DNA of 64,000 bases from Felis catus. Taxonomy: Eukaryota. The DNA is taken from NCBI RefSeq assembly GCF_018350175.1, contig NC_058368.1:16060001-16124000 (forward strand). The letters run 5' to 3'. A model generated the notes under the pieces. That model did not search any database. It had not been told where the DNA came from and saw nothing but the letters and a program-made list of their open reading frames with translations. This document shows positions 1 through 13,800 of the stretch, piece by piece. The position numbers and the translations under genes are program-made. Every line of letters starts with the position of its first letter. Position 1 is the first letter of the stretch.

Positions 1-479
1 TTTGGGTCTCTCTTCTAGGGTCTACTTTTCTTTCTACCTGCTTTGTCTTCCTGCACTTTTCCTGACTGCCTCTTTGTCTTTCTCCATCACTATCTGCACA
101 TGTGAAAGAACAATGAAAAAGTAGTAACTGGGCATTCTTTCCTTAGCGACTTGGAAAAAAAGCCTTCTCCAAAAGATCTCTAGATTTGATTACTCTATAA
201 TGGAACTCAAAAGAGGAGACTGATTGCCCTACAAAGGAACTCCTGATCAGGTACTAGGCCATGGGAGTCCTTATGGGCAGTTCTGTTAGAGTCCACATGA
301 CTGACACAAGTATCATACCCTCCTTCTCTCTCAGTGAGTCTGGAGATGAATTGGACAGCTACAAAAACCTTTATCCAGAATTCTTAGCTTTACAAATAAG
401 CAGGAATAGGGGTTAGTTTGAGGTCCCTCAGACCCTCAAGGGGACTGGAGTTCTTATGCCAAGGTCAGGGTTCAATGGA

Positions 480-1800
480 GATGTGGGGAAGAATTATACT
501 TCTTGAGACTTTCAGATGCTTGTTCACAGGTGACTGTGTTCCCCATGATCCTTGGCACCAGGATGAGGGGAACAGATAATAGTTTATAGTTTTAGTGCCT
601 CTGGGACCTTTGTGCAAACTTGGCTATGCATGGGTAGTTTTGGGTCCCTACAAATCTCCATTGTTAGGACTTACACTAGGTAATGTATTATTGGAATAAA
701 TGTATTATTTATGTGTACTCAGGCTCACCTTCACCTCTAACCCCTGATGGGATTTACTTCAATTAGTGCCATCTTAGTGGGGCATATGGAAGATCCTGAA
801 TTTACCTGACTACCAGTGCGTTGTGCCATTATGTCCCCAAAACAGTATCAGCTGCCTGGGGGAGAAAAAGACAAAATGCTCTGTTTCCAAGCTTAAGAAA
901 TCCAAAGTGAAATTATTTCTCCATTTAAGAGTCCCATCTGGCCTGTGTGCAAGACCTCTGGTAGCTAGAGAATTACCACTGAGGAAGCTCAGTATTATAG
1001 TACTGTCCTTGGCACTGGTGTAGCTAACATTGTGACTTCCCTGGAGGCTATTGCTCAAGCTAAGGGAACTTGGTATGTGGCATTTGATATCTAAAATGCA
1101 TTTTTGAGCATCACTTTCCATCCAGATAAATTTGCCTTTATTGGAATAGATTGCAGTATGCCTTTAATGTCCTTCCACAAGGCTATGTAAAGTCCTTGGC
1201 TACATGCAATGAATAGGTATGCTGTGATCTGGCAAAAGCCTCATTCCCCAGGGGCACCTGGCTGGCTCAGTTGGTTGAGTGTCCGACTTTGGCTCAGGTC
1301 ATGATCTCGTGATTTGTGGGTTTGAGCTGTGTGTTGGGCTCTGTGCTGACAGCTCAGAGCCTGGAGCCTGCTTCAGATTCTGTGTCTCCTCCTCTCTCTG
1401 CTCCTCCCATGTTCATGCTTTGTCTCTGTCTCTCAATGAATAAACATTAAAAAAAAAGTAAAAAAAAAAGCCTCACTCCCTGGGGGAGCATTGGCCTTCC
1501 ACTATATTGGCCTCCTGGTGCATCCAAACAAGGGTACTGCCCAGAAAGGACTGGATAACCTGAGATCATGTTGAGACTCATGCACAACATAGCTGGGTCA
1601 TTAACACAGACAAATTACAAGGACCTAGTATATTCAAATAAAATTTCTGGGAATGATCTGAGATCTGATTCAAGAGGAGACATTTGCCAACCTTTTGACC
1701 CTCTCTGCCCCCACAAATAAAAAAGAGACCTAGTAATTGGAGGGCCTACTTGACTTTGGAGCTCTCACGTAGCCCATGAGAGGTCCTGATGGCATCTCTC
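480..1800 (+). mobile_element. Decayed ERV-L (class III) pro/pol internal fragment
   Basis: GTWYVAFDI*NAFLSI (1065-1112), VLPQGY (~1170), WVINTDKLQGPS, IKFLGMI and LSAPTNKKE match ERV-L RT motifs. Contains stops and frameshifts. Boundaries are approximate. Confidence 0.85.
1251..1465 (+). mobile_element. CanSINE inserted in ERV-L pol
   Basis: ggggcacctggg head, CT-rich body, A tail; TSD aaaagcctca(t/c)tccc. Confidence 0.95.
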
Positions 1801-2555
1801 TAGATCATGTTGGGCCTCTTGTCCAGTCCAGAAGGTTGTGCTTGAGTCTGACTGCATTTGACAATTTTTAGGTGGTTGGGCTAGCCATTTCCACTAATTC
1901 AGGCCACACTTTCTAGGACCTACAAGGCCACATTTGTATTCTCTTTGGGTTCCTTGAGCACAATGCTTTTGATAATGGCTCTGGATTTTGGCTCAAGGTA
2001 CACATCAATGGGCCCAACAGTGGGGTATATGATGGACTCTTTGTGCTGCATAAAACTCCCAAGGTGCAGGGATGGGCACTGTAATGGATAAGTGGCTGAT
2101 ATATGGTGACTACATGGTCTCTGCCAGGATTACACATCTCAGGCAAGCAGTCTGGGGTCTCAATATAGCAATTTCCAGAAAAGGTACTTTTTATCTGCAT
2201 TGCATGTTTAAACAGGCTGTGCACCCACTTTGTTCAGTTGTACACCTTTATTTTATAATTTGATATCTCAGCTTCCTTTGGGGACCCCATAAGGGCCTTC
2301 CACCTCCTTTAACTCTTTCTTGAAAGATCAGGATGACTATTAAACAGCAAAGGGTGGAAGTCAGTAATCTTACTCATTTATTTCTCAGGCACAGAGAATG
2401 TTTTTTGTTTTTGTTTGTTTGTTTGTTTCCTACAAGTACTTAAAAAACAATGACCATCAATTTCAGGTCTTGAATTCAATATTTTTTTTAAAGTGCCCTT
2501 GCTCTTTGTTCCAGGTGGCTCCATGGGATGTTAAACAGTATATAAAATAGAAGTT

Positions 2556-2561
2556 TTTATT
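2556..2561 (-). terminator. Candidate polyadenylation signal AATAAA of the fossil gene
   Basis: Hexamer about 220 nt downstream of the terminal stop. The motif is common in AT-rich DNA. Confidence 0.25.
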
Positions 2562-2783
2562 GAACCAAAAGATAATCCAATCCAGAAGATTTGGGTTCTC
2601 TACCCCGGGGATTGAATCAAGAGCACTATCCTTGCCTATGGTAAAGGGCAGATTGTCTGCATCACAATTAATAGGGAGACGTCCTCTCAACTGGTAGGAT
2701 GTGAATTTTTTAGTGTCCAAGATATTACAGATATGGTAGAGGGAAGGGAAGGGGATGGATACATAACATCTCTTCTTTTTCTC

Positions 2784-3065
2784 TCACAAGGTAGCCTGTG
2801 TGACTCTTGCTTCACCAAATTTGTTGATAACGCCTGTCACAGGCAGTTGCCACTGTTCTGAATTCGGTGAACTACTGGGTATGTAACCTACCACCTGATC
2901 TTTCAGATAAACATCTGGTTGCTCTGCTGCTAAATACTGCAAGTGGACACTTCTCTGTGGACCTTTCCGATATCTTAAATACACAACTTTATTAAGCTAG
3001 ATGTGATGCATTGTTGCAATTGGACTCTGACACTGAGTGAAATGACTTTCTAAATCAACTCTCTC
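2784..3065 (-). pseudogene. Fossil terminal coding exon
   Basis: Acceptor caattttatttaacag|G. A 93-codon phase-0 frame ERVDLESHF..VTQATL* with a single internal TAG (2997-2999). Confidence 0.45.
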
Positions 3066-3928
3066 CTGTTAAATAAAATTGAGGGAAACTGGAACATCTG
3101 TAGGAGGGGATACAGGATCCACCCTTAGGGATATTTTAGCATGATGACAGTGTTCTTCTCCTCCCTTACATTTTTCTCCACCATTACCCAAGGTAGCATT
3201 ATTTACTCTACCGTGTATGCTCTGGGCACTTAAGCCATCCAATTGGAAATGTTGTGCATAACTCTTCCTTCATTTTGCTGATTTTATCTATTTTCTATTT
3301 CATTTATTTTCAATTCTAACTTTATTATTTCCTGCCTCCTGCTTGCCTTGAATTTAGTTTCATTTTCTTTTTATAGTTTCTTAAGGTAGAAGCTTAGGTT
3401 ATTGATGTAAGATCCTTTTTTTTTTTTATTAGGATAAGATTCATACTTTTTTTTTTGAGTATAGTTGAACACAATGTTACATTATTTCAGGTGTATAACT
3501 TAGTGATTTGACAAGTTTATACATTATGCTGTGTTCACCACAAATATAGCTACCATACTGTCCCATTACATCACGATTACAATACAATTGACTGTATTCC
3601 TTACACTCTGCTTTTTATTCCCATGACTTACTCATTCTATAACTAGAGATATATCTCCCCTTTACCTATTTTACCCAACCCTCCCCTCCCCCCATCTTTC
3701 TCCCCTCTGGCAGCCACAATTTTTTCTCTGTATTTATGGGTCTGTTTCTGCTTATTGTGTATTCATTTTTTTAGATTCCATTTATGAGTGGAATCATATA
3801 GTATTTGCATTTCTCAGTCTGACTTATTTTACTTGGTATAATACCCTCTAGATCCATCCATGTTGTCTCAAATTGCACAGTCTCATCATTTTTTTATGAT
3901 TGTGGGCTGTGTAATATTCCATTGTGGC

Positions 3929-4035
3929 TATATCTCTCTATCTCTATCTCTATCTTTATCTCTATCTCTATCTCTATCTCTCTATCTCTATCATCTCTAT
4001 CTCTCTCTATGTGTATATCGTCTATATCTATCTAT
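3929..4035. repeat. (TCTATA/TCTA)n microsatellite
   Basis: Direct reading. Confidence 0.9.
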
Positions 4036-5018
4036 CCCATATTTCTTATCCATTTGTTTATTGATGGACATTTAGGTTGTTTCCCTATCTCAGCAAATAA
4101 TGCTGCAATAAATATAAAGGTGCATATATCTTTTTGAGTTAGTGTTTTCATTTTCCTTGGGTAAATACCCAATAATGGAATTATTGAATTATATGTTATT
4201 TCTATTTTTAAGTTTTTGAGGAACCTCTGTGCTGTTTTCCATAATGCCTGTATCAATTTATATACCCACCAACAGTGGATGAAAGTTCCTTTTTCTCCAC
4301 ATCCTTGCCAATACTTGTTGTTTATTGTCTTCTTGATTTTAGCCATTCTCAAAGGTGTGAGGTGATACCTCACTATAGTTGTGATTTACATTTCTGTGAT
4401 AATTAGTGATGTTGAACATCTTTTCATGTGTCTGTTGGCCATCTGGATGTATTTTTTGGAAAAATGTCTACTCAGGTGCTTTGCCCATTTATTAATCAAA
4501 TTCTTTGGGGGTTTTTGGTGTTGAGTTGTGTAAGTTCTTTATATATTCTGGTTTTTACCCCCTATAGCATATATCATTTGCAAATATTTTCTCCTACTCA
4601 GTAGGTTGTCTTTTTGTTTTGTTGATGGTTTTCTTTGCTGTGCACAGCTTTTTATTTTGATGTAGTCCCAATAGTTTATTTTTGCTTTTGTTTCCCTTGC
4701 CTTGGGAGATATATCTAGGATCATGTTACCATGGCTGATGTCAGAGAAATTCCTGTCTCTGGTCTTTACTAGGATACTTAATGGTTTCAGGTCCCCAATG
4801 GTCTTTAATCCATTTTGAGTTTATTTTTGTGTCTAGTATAAGAAAGTAGTTCAGTTTCATTCTTTTACATGTAGCTGTCTAATTTCCCAGCACCATTTAT
4901 TGAAAAGACTGTATTTTCCCCATTATATATTCTTGCCTCCATTGTCATAGATTAATCGACCATATAAATGTGAGTTTATTTCTGGGGTCACTATTCTGTT
5001 CCATTGTTTTGTGTGTCT

Positions 5019-5678
5019 ATTTTTTTTTTAATTTTTTTTAACGTTTATTTATTTTTGAGACAGAGAGAGACAGAGCATGAACGGGGGAGGGTCAGAGAGA
5101 GGGAGACACAGAATCTGAAACAGGCTCCAGGCTCTGAGCTGTCAGCACAGAGCCCGATGCAGGGCTCGAACTCACAGACCGTGAGATCATGACCTGAGCC
5201 GAAGTCGGCTGCTCAACTGACTGAGCCACCCAGGCGCCCCTCTGTGTGTCTATTTTAAAAAAAAATTTTTTTGGGAGAGCCCAGTGGAGGATGGGTAGAG
5301 AGGGGGGTACAGAGGATCAGAAATGGGCTCTGTGCTAACAGGCTAACAGCAGTGAGCCTGATGTGGGGCTCAGACTCAGGAACCCTGAGATCATGACCTC
5401 ACCTGAGCCACCCAGGCACCCTCTGTGTGTCTATTTTGTGCCAGCTTTGCAGTAAATCTTTTTTTAAATAATTAAAAAAATATTTATTTAATTTTGAGAG
5501 AGAGTGAGAATGTGAGTGGGGGAGGGACAGAGAGAGAGGAAGATGCAGAATCTGAAGCAGGCACGAGACTCCAAGCTGTCAGCACAGAGCCTGATGTGGG
5601 ACTCCGACTCACAAACTGTGAGATCATGACCTGAACTGAAGTTGGACGCTTAACCAACTGAGCCACCCAAGTGCTCCG
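5019..5678 (-). mobile_element. Three CanSINEs nested in the L1 (~5019-5240, ~5268-5421, ~5460-5678)
   Basis: Reverse-complement SINE heads and T tails; flanks repeated (tgtgtgtctattt; gctttgcagta). Confidence 0.9.
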
Positions 5679-6717
5679 CTTTGCAGTATATCTTAAATCC
5701 AGAATTGTGATACCTCCACCTTTGTTCTTCTGTCTCAAGATTGCTTTGACTATTTAGGGTCTTCTGTGGTTCCATAGAATTTTTAATATTATTTGTTCTA
5801 CTTGTGTGAAAAATGCTATTGGTATTTTGATAGGGATTGCACTGAATCTATATATGGACATCTGGACACTATTAATTCTTCCAATATGAGCATGGAATAT
5901 CTTTCCATTTGTTTGTGTTGTCTTCAGTTTCTTTCGTCAGTGTTCAGTTTCCAGAGTACAGTTCTCTCACCTCCTTGGTTAAGTTTATTCCTATGCACTT
6001 TATTGTTTTTGGTGCAGTTGTAAATGAGACTGCTTTCTTGATTTCTCTTTCTGAGACTTAATTGTTAGTGTATAGAAATGCTACTGATTTCTGGATATTA
6101 ATTTTGTATACTGCCACTTTACTGAACTTTTTATTACTTCTAGTACTTTTTTGGTGGAGTCTTTAGGATTTTCTACATACAGTATTATGTTTGCACTATA
6201 TTTGCAAATAGTGACAGTTTAACTTCTTTACCAATATGGATGCTTGTTATTTCTTTTTGTTGTCTAATGACTGTGACTATGACTTCAGATACTATGTTGA
6301 ATAAAAGTGGCAAGAGTGGACATCGTTGTCTTGTTCCTGACCTTAGAGGAAAAGCTGTCAGTTTTTCACCACTGAGGATTATTTTAGCTGTGGGTTTTTC
6401 ATACTGGCTTTTATTATGTTGCGGTGTCTTCCCTCTAACCCCATTGTGTTTGTTGAGAGGTTTTATCATGAATGGCCGTTGTATCTTGTCAAATGCTTTT
6501 TCTACATCTATTTGGATGATCACATGATTTTTAGCCTTCTTTTTGTTGATGTGGTGTATGATGTTGATTGATTTTCAAATATCCAACCATCCTTGCATCC
6601 CAGGAGTAAATGCCACCAGATCGTGGTGAATGTTCTTTTTAATGTATTGTGGTATGCAGGTTGCTAATATTTTGTTGAGACTTTTGAATCTATATTCATC
6701 AGGGATATTGGCCTGTA

Positions 6718-6758
6718 GTTTTCTTTTCTTTTCTTTTCTTTTCTTTTCTTTTCTTTTC

Positions 6759-6793
<35 letters not shown>
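6718..6793. repeat. (TTTTC)n followed by poly-T
   Basis: Direct reading. Confidence 0.95.
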
Positions 6794-6794
<1 letters not shown>

Positions 6795-9700
6795 GTAGTA
6801 TCTTTGTCTGTTTTTGGTATCAGGGTAATGCTGGCCTTGTAGAATGTATTTGGAAGCTTTCCTTCCTCTTCTACCTTTTTGTAATAGTTTGAGGAGATTG
6901 GCTATTAACTCTTCTTTAATGTCTAGTAGAAGTTACTTGTGTATCTATCTAGTCTTGGAATTTTTTTTTCTTTTTTTTGGTAGTTTTTTTTTATTACTGA
7001 TACAATTTTATTACTTGTAAGTGGCCTATTCAAATTTTCTATTTCTTTCTGGTTCACTTTTGGAAGATTGTATGTTTCTAAGAATTTATCCATTTCTTCT
7101 AGGCTGTTCAGTTTGTTGACATATACTTTTTCATAGTATTCTCTTATAATCCTTTGTATTTCCGTGGTATCAGTGGTTATTCCTCCTCTCTCATTTCTGA
7201 TTTTATTTACTTGCATTCTTCTCTTGTTTTCTTGCTGAGTCTGGGTAAGGGTTGGTAAATTTCATTTATGTTTTCAAAGAACCAGCTCTTGATTTCATTG
7301 ATTTTCTTTTTTTCTTTCTTTTTTTTTTTTGTCTCTGCAACATTTATTTCTGATCTGATCTTTATTATTTCCTTTTTTCTACTCACCTTGGGTGTTGGTC
7401 TTCTTTTTCTAGTTCCTAAGGCATAAGTTTAGATTGTTTGAGTTTTTTTTTCTTGCTTCTTGAAGTAGGCCTGTATTGCTATAAACTTCCTTCTTAGAAC
7501 TGTTTTTGCTATGTCCAGAGCTTTTGGATCAGTGTGTTTTTATTTTCATTTATCTCCATGTACTTTTAGAAAATGTTTCTTTTGATTGCTCCATTGACCC
7601 ATTGGTAGTTTAGTAACATGTTGTTTAGTCTCCATGTGTTTTTGTTTTTACCAGTTTTTTTTTTCTCATGATTTATCTTTAGATTCATACCATTGTGGTA
7701 GGAGAAGATGCATGGTATGATTTCAATCTTCCTAAATTTATTGAGGCTTGTTTTATGCTCCAATATGTGATATATCCTGGAGAATGTTCCATATGCCCTG
7801 GAAAAGAATGTCCATGCTGTTGTTTTGGATGAAATATTGTGTATATATTTGTTATGTCCATCTGGTCCACTCTGTTGTTCAAAGACATTGTTTCTTTATT
7901 GATCTTCTGTCTTCATGATCTATTCATTGAGGAAAATGGAATGTTAAAGTCCACAACTATTATTATATTACCATCATTTTTTTCTCTTTATGTCTGTTAA
8001 TATTTGTTTTATGTATTTAGGTGCTTCAGTGTTGGGTGCATAGATACTTAAAATTGTTGGGTTGATCCCTTTATCATTATGAAATGCCCTTCTTTGTTTC
8101 ATGTTACAGTCTTTATTTTAAAGCCTATCTTGTCTGATGTAAATATTGTTACCTGGCTTTTTCTTCCCCTTCCATTTGCTTTTTTCCCTTCCATTTGATT
8201 ATGGTGAGTTTTTCCAGCCCTTCAGTTTCAGTCTGTGTCTTTAGGTCTGAGATGAGTCTCTTATTGGGCAGCATATAAATGGGTATTGTTTTTTAATCAA
8301 TTCTGCCACTCTGTGTATTTTGATTGTAGTATTTAGGCCATTCATATTTAAGGTAATTATTGATATGTATGTATTTATTGCCATTTAAAAATTTTGCCTT
8401 CTGGTTATTTTTGTAGTTCTTTCTTTTTTTTCTCTTGCTCTCTCTCTTTGTGATCAATGAGTATTGTTAGTGTTCTGTTTGGCTTTCTTTCTCTTTATTT
8501 TTTGTGTGTATCTATCCTAGGTTTTGGGTTTATGGTTACCCTGAGGTTCATATATAACATTCTAAATACGTAGCAGTCCATATTAATTTGATGCTCATTT
8601 AATTTCAAACATTCTAAAAAAAAAAGAAAAAGAAAGAAAAAGAAAAAATCTTCCCATTTTACTATTTTCTCCACATTACATGTATATACATATATGTATT
8701 ATATATGTATATAGCCATATTTTATATATTTTTATTCATATTTTTCTTATATCTAATTATGGCCTTTTCTTTTATACTTAAAGATGTCCTGTTAATATTT
8801 TTTGCAGGCTGGTTAAGTGGTGATAAACTCCCTTATCTTCTGTTTGTCTGGGAAACTCTGTCTTTCATATTAGATGATAATCTTGCTGGTAGAGTAATCT
8901 TGGTTGTAAGTTTGTTTGTTTATTTGTTTGTTTGTTTTCCTTTCAGCACTTTGAATTTATCATGGCAGTCCCTTCTGGCTTGCAAAGTTTTTGTTGAAAA
9001 ATCAACTGATAATCTTATAGGTCTTCCCTTGTAGGTAATTTTTTATTTTTTGCTGCTTTTAAGATTCTCTCTTTATCTTTAACCTTTGACATTTTAATTA
9101 TTATGTGCTGTAGTGTGGACCTCCATGGGTTCATCTTGTTTGGAACTCTCCATGTTTCTTGGACTTGGATATCTCTTTCCCTTCTTCAGTTATGGAAGTT
9201 TTCAGTTATTTCTTTGAATAAGTTTTCTATGGCTTTTTCTCTCCTTCTGGGACGCATATAATGCAAATGTTTGTTTGCTAGGTGTTGTCCAAGAAGTCTC
9301 TTAATTAATCCTCATTTTAAAAAGTTCTTTTCTCTTTTTGCTTTTCAGTCTGTGTGCTTACCCTGTTTTCCATATTGCTGATATGTTCTTCTGCATCCTC
9401 TAATCTACTGCTAAATCCTTTTAGTATGTTTTTTATTTCAGTTATTGTATTCTTTGGCTCTGATTGGTTCTTTTAAATATTTTCTGTCTCTTTATGGAAG
9501 GTCTCACTGAGTTTTCCATTCTTTTCTCTGGCCCACTGAGTATCTTAATGGTCACTACTTTGAATTCTTTATTAGGCATATTGCTTACTTCTGTTTCTTT
9601 TCATTGTTTTTTTCTGAGCTTTTTCTTTTCTTTTCTTTTCTTTTTTTTGTTTGTTTTGGAGCATATTCCTCTGTCTTCTGATTTTGCTTGACTTTCTGTA

Positions 9701-9975
9701 TTTGTTTCTATGGATTAGTGAAATGGCTACTTTTCCTAAGATTGAAGTGTGTATGGTGGCCCCTATGCAGACTGTGTGTGCTTGGTGACTTTTGGTGGCT
9801 GGCTGGAGTTCTGGTTGTATATGCTAATTATTCTTTTAAACTGTGGCTTTTTCAGATAGACTAAAGGAAAAAATAATAAAAGAAAAGAAAAAAGAGAACA
9901 AGAAAGAAATGAACAAAACCAAACAGAAAAAAATAAAAACAAGATAAGACAAATTTTAAAAAGTAAATAAAATTA

Positions 9976-10175
9976 GGGGCACCTGGGTGGCTCAGTCAGT
10001 TAAGCTTCTGACTTCGGCTCAGGTCATGATCTCACAGTTCATGAGTTCGAGACCCTCATCGGGGTCTGTGCTGACAGCTCAGAGTCTGGAGCCTGCTTTG
10101 GATTCTGTGTCTCCCTCTCTCTTTGCCCCTCCCGTGCTCATGCTCTCTCTCTCTATCCCTTTCAAAAATAAATAA
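9976..10175 (+). mobile_element. CanSINE
   Basis: Canonical head and body. Confidence 0.93.
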
Positions 10176-10399
10176 GATGTGATATTGTCTTTTTCCTTGA
10201 ATAAATTCTTCTAATATTGTTGAAAATTTTCAGTTAATTTCTAGAGTTCTGAAAATGTTGATTTAAAAAATTTTTGATATTCTTAATGCTTTTAGGGAGG
10301 AGCAGATTTTCTGAGATCCCTACTTGGCCATTTTGGAAGTGATCTTCATCAGATTTTTTTTTAATAGTCTGAATGTATTCTTTTTAGAGCTATCACATC

Positions 10400-10609
10400 T
10401 TTTTTTTTAATGTTTATTTATTATTGAGAGACAGACACAGAGTGTGAGCAGGGGAGGCATAGAGAAAGGGGGAGACATAGAATCTGAAGTAGACTCCAGG
10501 CTCTGAGCTGTCAGCACAGAGCCCGACATGGGGTTTGAACTCACAAACTGCGAGATCATGACCTGAGCCAAAGTCAGTAGCTTAACCAACTGAGCCACCC
10601 AGGCACCCC
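10400..10609 (-). mobile_element. CanSINE
   Basis: TSD agagctatcacatcttt. Confidence 0.95.
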
Positions 10610-10769
10610 AAGAGCTATCACATCTTTAATATGATGAAATTGATATAGGGAGAGCAAGGTGGCTTTCTTTGCCAGTTTATATATTGCTTTTCATGCTATT
10701 GAATTGATGATTTCCAGGAATTACTCTGAACTCTATGATAACATACATCAAGTTTAAGACTGGACCTAC

Positions 10770-10855
10770 TCTTGGCAAGTTCACAGAGTAAACGTTATGA
10801 GATTATTTATCTCTACTTCAGTGCAACATGCATCGCTTTTCTTCAGTCTCTGCTC
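10770..10855 (-). pseudogene. Fossil exon, cytoplasmic tail (86 nt)
   Basis: Acceptor catttttcatcctcag|G, donor AGA|gtaggt. Translation EQRLKKSDACCTEVEINNLITFTL*TCQ. Confidence 0.4.
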
Positions 10856-13800
10856 CTGAGGATGAAAAATGGTCAGCCTTATAAAGCAGTTCACCCTGAT
10901 TCTTCAGAGGGAGATGGAACCCTCTTTCAACACCACCATTCCCCCATTTACTCCATTCCCTCATATCCCCCTTTCCTTCATTTATCAACCTTTCAGAGAG
11001 AATTTACTTTAGTTTTCCAACTCAAACAAGAGACTCAAATGGTGAATATATCAAGTAAGGTGGAAGAAAAGGTGGGGAGTACTAAGGAAAGTAAAGGAGA
11101 AAAACATATTGAGATAATTTAGATTTCTGTGATATCTCTCAAGTCATACTCTTTAGATTATTGCTTATTCCACTCTGTTTAAGGTTAAGCCTATATAAAA
11201 TTGTTCTCTTTCAACCTAGGGCATAATTTGTTCTTTTCAAATAGAAATCTAGAAATACTTTTTAAAGTGAATCAATCAAAATTCCAAATTATTGCATTAG
11301 CAGAATCTAATTAAAAGTTCTCTAGCAAACCACATCATAGAGTTGCCAATGAAAGCAGCAGGAAGTGCCAAGCTGTTTAAGAGGATCTCAGGCATATTTG
11401 GACTTGCTTGGCATTGGTATTTGTTTCTAATCACTCCAGGAAGTGTTGGGGTGGAAAATAAATCTAGAGAAGTATGCCAGAAAAGCCAAGGGAGCTTCTG
11501 GGAACAATCAAAGCACAGGCTAAGCCTTATGGTTCCTGATATACCTTCAGGACACTGTATACTGCTTCTCTGAGCTATTATTTCACAAAAGAAAAGCCTG
11601 CTTTCTTTTACTTCAGCTTTTATGTTGGTTTGAATCCATAGATTATCTCCCCCAGCATTTAAAATGCCTCATGTGCTATGCCTGCAAGGGGGTGATTACC
11701 ACTGTGTTATACTATATCTGTGCAGTGTCAAAGGAAAATTTCTCTAATTTTGGTAAAAGTTCCAAGGCTTGGGTTTAATGGAGGACATATACACAATGAT
11801 TTTAAGGGGAACAAAGGCCATTTACTGATATACTAGTCATAAAATTGTTGGTCTTTTAAATTGTTCCCTGAAAAGATGCCTTGAAGATTAAAAAAAAATC
11901 CTTTAAAATTGATTTTAGAAGAGCTGTTATGATATCAAGTAGCTTATTTTATTTTACTTAATATGATTGAGGGCTGCATCATTTTTTTACTTTTGTTTAC
12001 AAAATTCATTTTTTAGAAAGTTATAATTATCTTGATATCTATATACTGATAATGGTTGCTGTGCATCAGAATGAAATGAGTCTGGGTCATACTTGGCTCA
12101 AAATATTCTACCTCTTCTTTTCTAGGAGTCCTTAAACAAATTACTTAACCTTCTGAGCCTTAATTTTTCTTCTTATAATGTGGCTGTTTTAAGGACTAAA
12201 TTATATTTAATGAAATTGTTTGTGAAAGTATTAGCTTTTTCCTAACACCCAGTGGGCACTTCATGAAAGTTATTTTGAATCTGAATCTAATCTCTATTAC
12301 TTATCCTTCCTCACCTCCATGGATCATCTAAATGGTGGTGGAAATCTTTTTCTAAATCACCTTTGTAATCATAGGATTACTAAATGACCTTATTTACCAC
12401 CAATTGTTATGTTTAGGAAGCATACTTCTTTCTCCAGCCCTTTAGAAAAGTAAGAAGAGTAAAAATGAGCTTATGTCCCATATATCTGTTTTAGGGTTAG
12501 GAAGACAAATATTTGTTGGTATCTAACTGTTATTGGCAAGTGCCTGCATCATGGTAGATTGTTCCATAAGTAGCTTGCTATCCAGTTAGCTCAGTGTCAG
12601 GCTCCTTGTATGTTGCTGATGGTGGAGGAACCTCTTTTCCATAGGCTTCATCTTTCTATATAGAAAGAGTTCCTTGAGAGTAAAACTGATTTTTATCCCA
12701 ACCTCTTTCTCAGTGCTCCTAAGGTAATTGGCAAGCTTGGAATGACTGGTGAGTTTGGAAAGAGGAATTTTACATGTGTAGCCTAATTCTTTTTCCCCCC
12801 TTGGATTTGCCTGCAGAAAGCATACATTCCATCATAACCTTCCAGGCTTTGCCCCTGTTGTAGAGGTCTGCAGCCTACAGGACTTGCTGTGGTAGGGTGG
12901 TAACTCTATTTAATTTGGGGATCCAGTATTAGGAAGTTCATAATTACTGAACACCCAAGCCACATTCTGCAATTCATTAGTAATAAACTTGGTGTTTTGT
13001 TTTCTTCCTGCCTAAACCCTCCTTCTATTCCTCCTTCTATTATTACTGAAGTTGGCGGTGGTGGGGGAGCGGGGGTGAGGGTTGATTTCATTTATTAGCT
13101 TTCCAAAACTCCAGTATACATTTAACCCAATATCTGCTGATATGCTAGCCTCTATCTGTATAATAGCAGGATCTCCACCACTCTCTATGTATTGCTCAGT
13201 TATCTCCATATATTTCCAAGCTGGTGCTTCAAAATGTCCACATTCTAGATATAGTTGTTACTTGATGACTGTTTTTATATGCTTATGTTCTAACTCAAAA
13301 GGATATAGAATTACTGCCTGAAAAAGCTCATTTGCCACTTTCCATCATGACACCACTAGTTTCTAAGAAAAATACCTGCAGACACTTGCCAAGCTATAGC
13401 CCTTGAGCTGCTAAATTATTGTAGGCTTCTGAGCAGTAGTTGGAAGAATAACCTCTTCGTCAGTGTTATGCCTCAACATTTTAAAAATTGAAGTCTAAGA
13501 GAATCTCTTCTTGGGTCCAGTAATTTACAGAATATTTTATGCAAAAGAGTTTAACCATTTTTAGACCCCACCCCACTAATCATAGGAATTTAAACATAGA
13601 ACAAAATTCTGTTGGAAGCAAAGATGACAGCATCTTTGCCATCCTTCTCCTCTCTTAGTATTAGACTTCCACCTCCGTTCTGTTATTATACTTACTAAAA
13701 GGAGATTGTATGTATATAATTTACTGCACATGGATACCTGGGTGTTGGAGTCAAGTTGATGGATGCTGGTCTCATGATGTAACATATGAGCTCCATTTTA

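Larger units (their letters stand above)
3416..9830 (-). mobile_element. Near full-length decayed LINE-1 (carnivore-type 3' end)
   Basis: Poly-T and L1 3'UTR at ~3447. ORF2 remnants include MRYHLTP.., [19 protein letters not shown] and IRNERGGITTD. ORF1-like sequence lies at 8.8-9.7 kb. Confidence 0.93.

Noticed and set aside
11343..11573. + strand ORF containing GIFGLAW, which is TM6-like
   Set aside because: Wrong strand and position relative to the 7TM series; treated as chance.
12900..13320. Minus-strand frame AVILYPFELE..APAWKYMEITEQYIESGGD..YWSFGKL, considered as an endogenous bornavirus element, an RTE fragment or another fossil exon
   Set aside because: Only a 4-5 residue resemblance and no clear donor; left unassigned.
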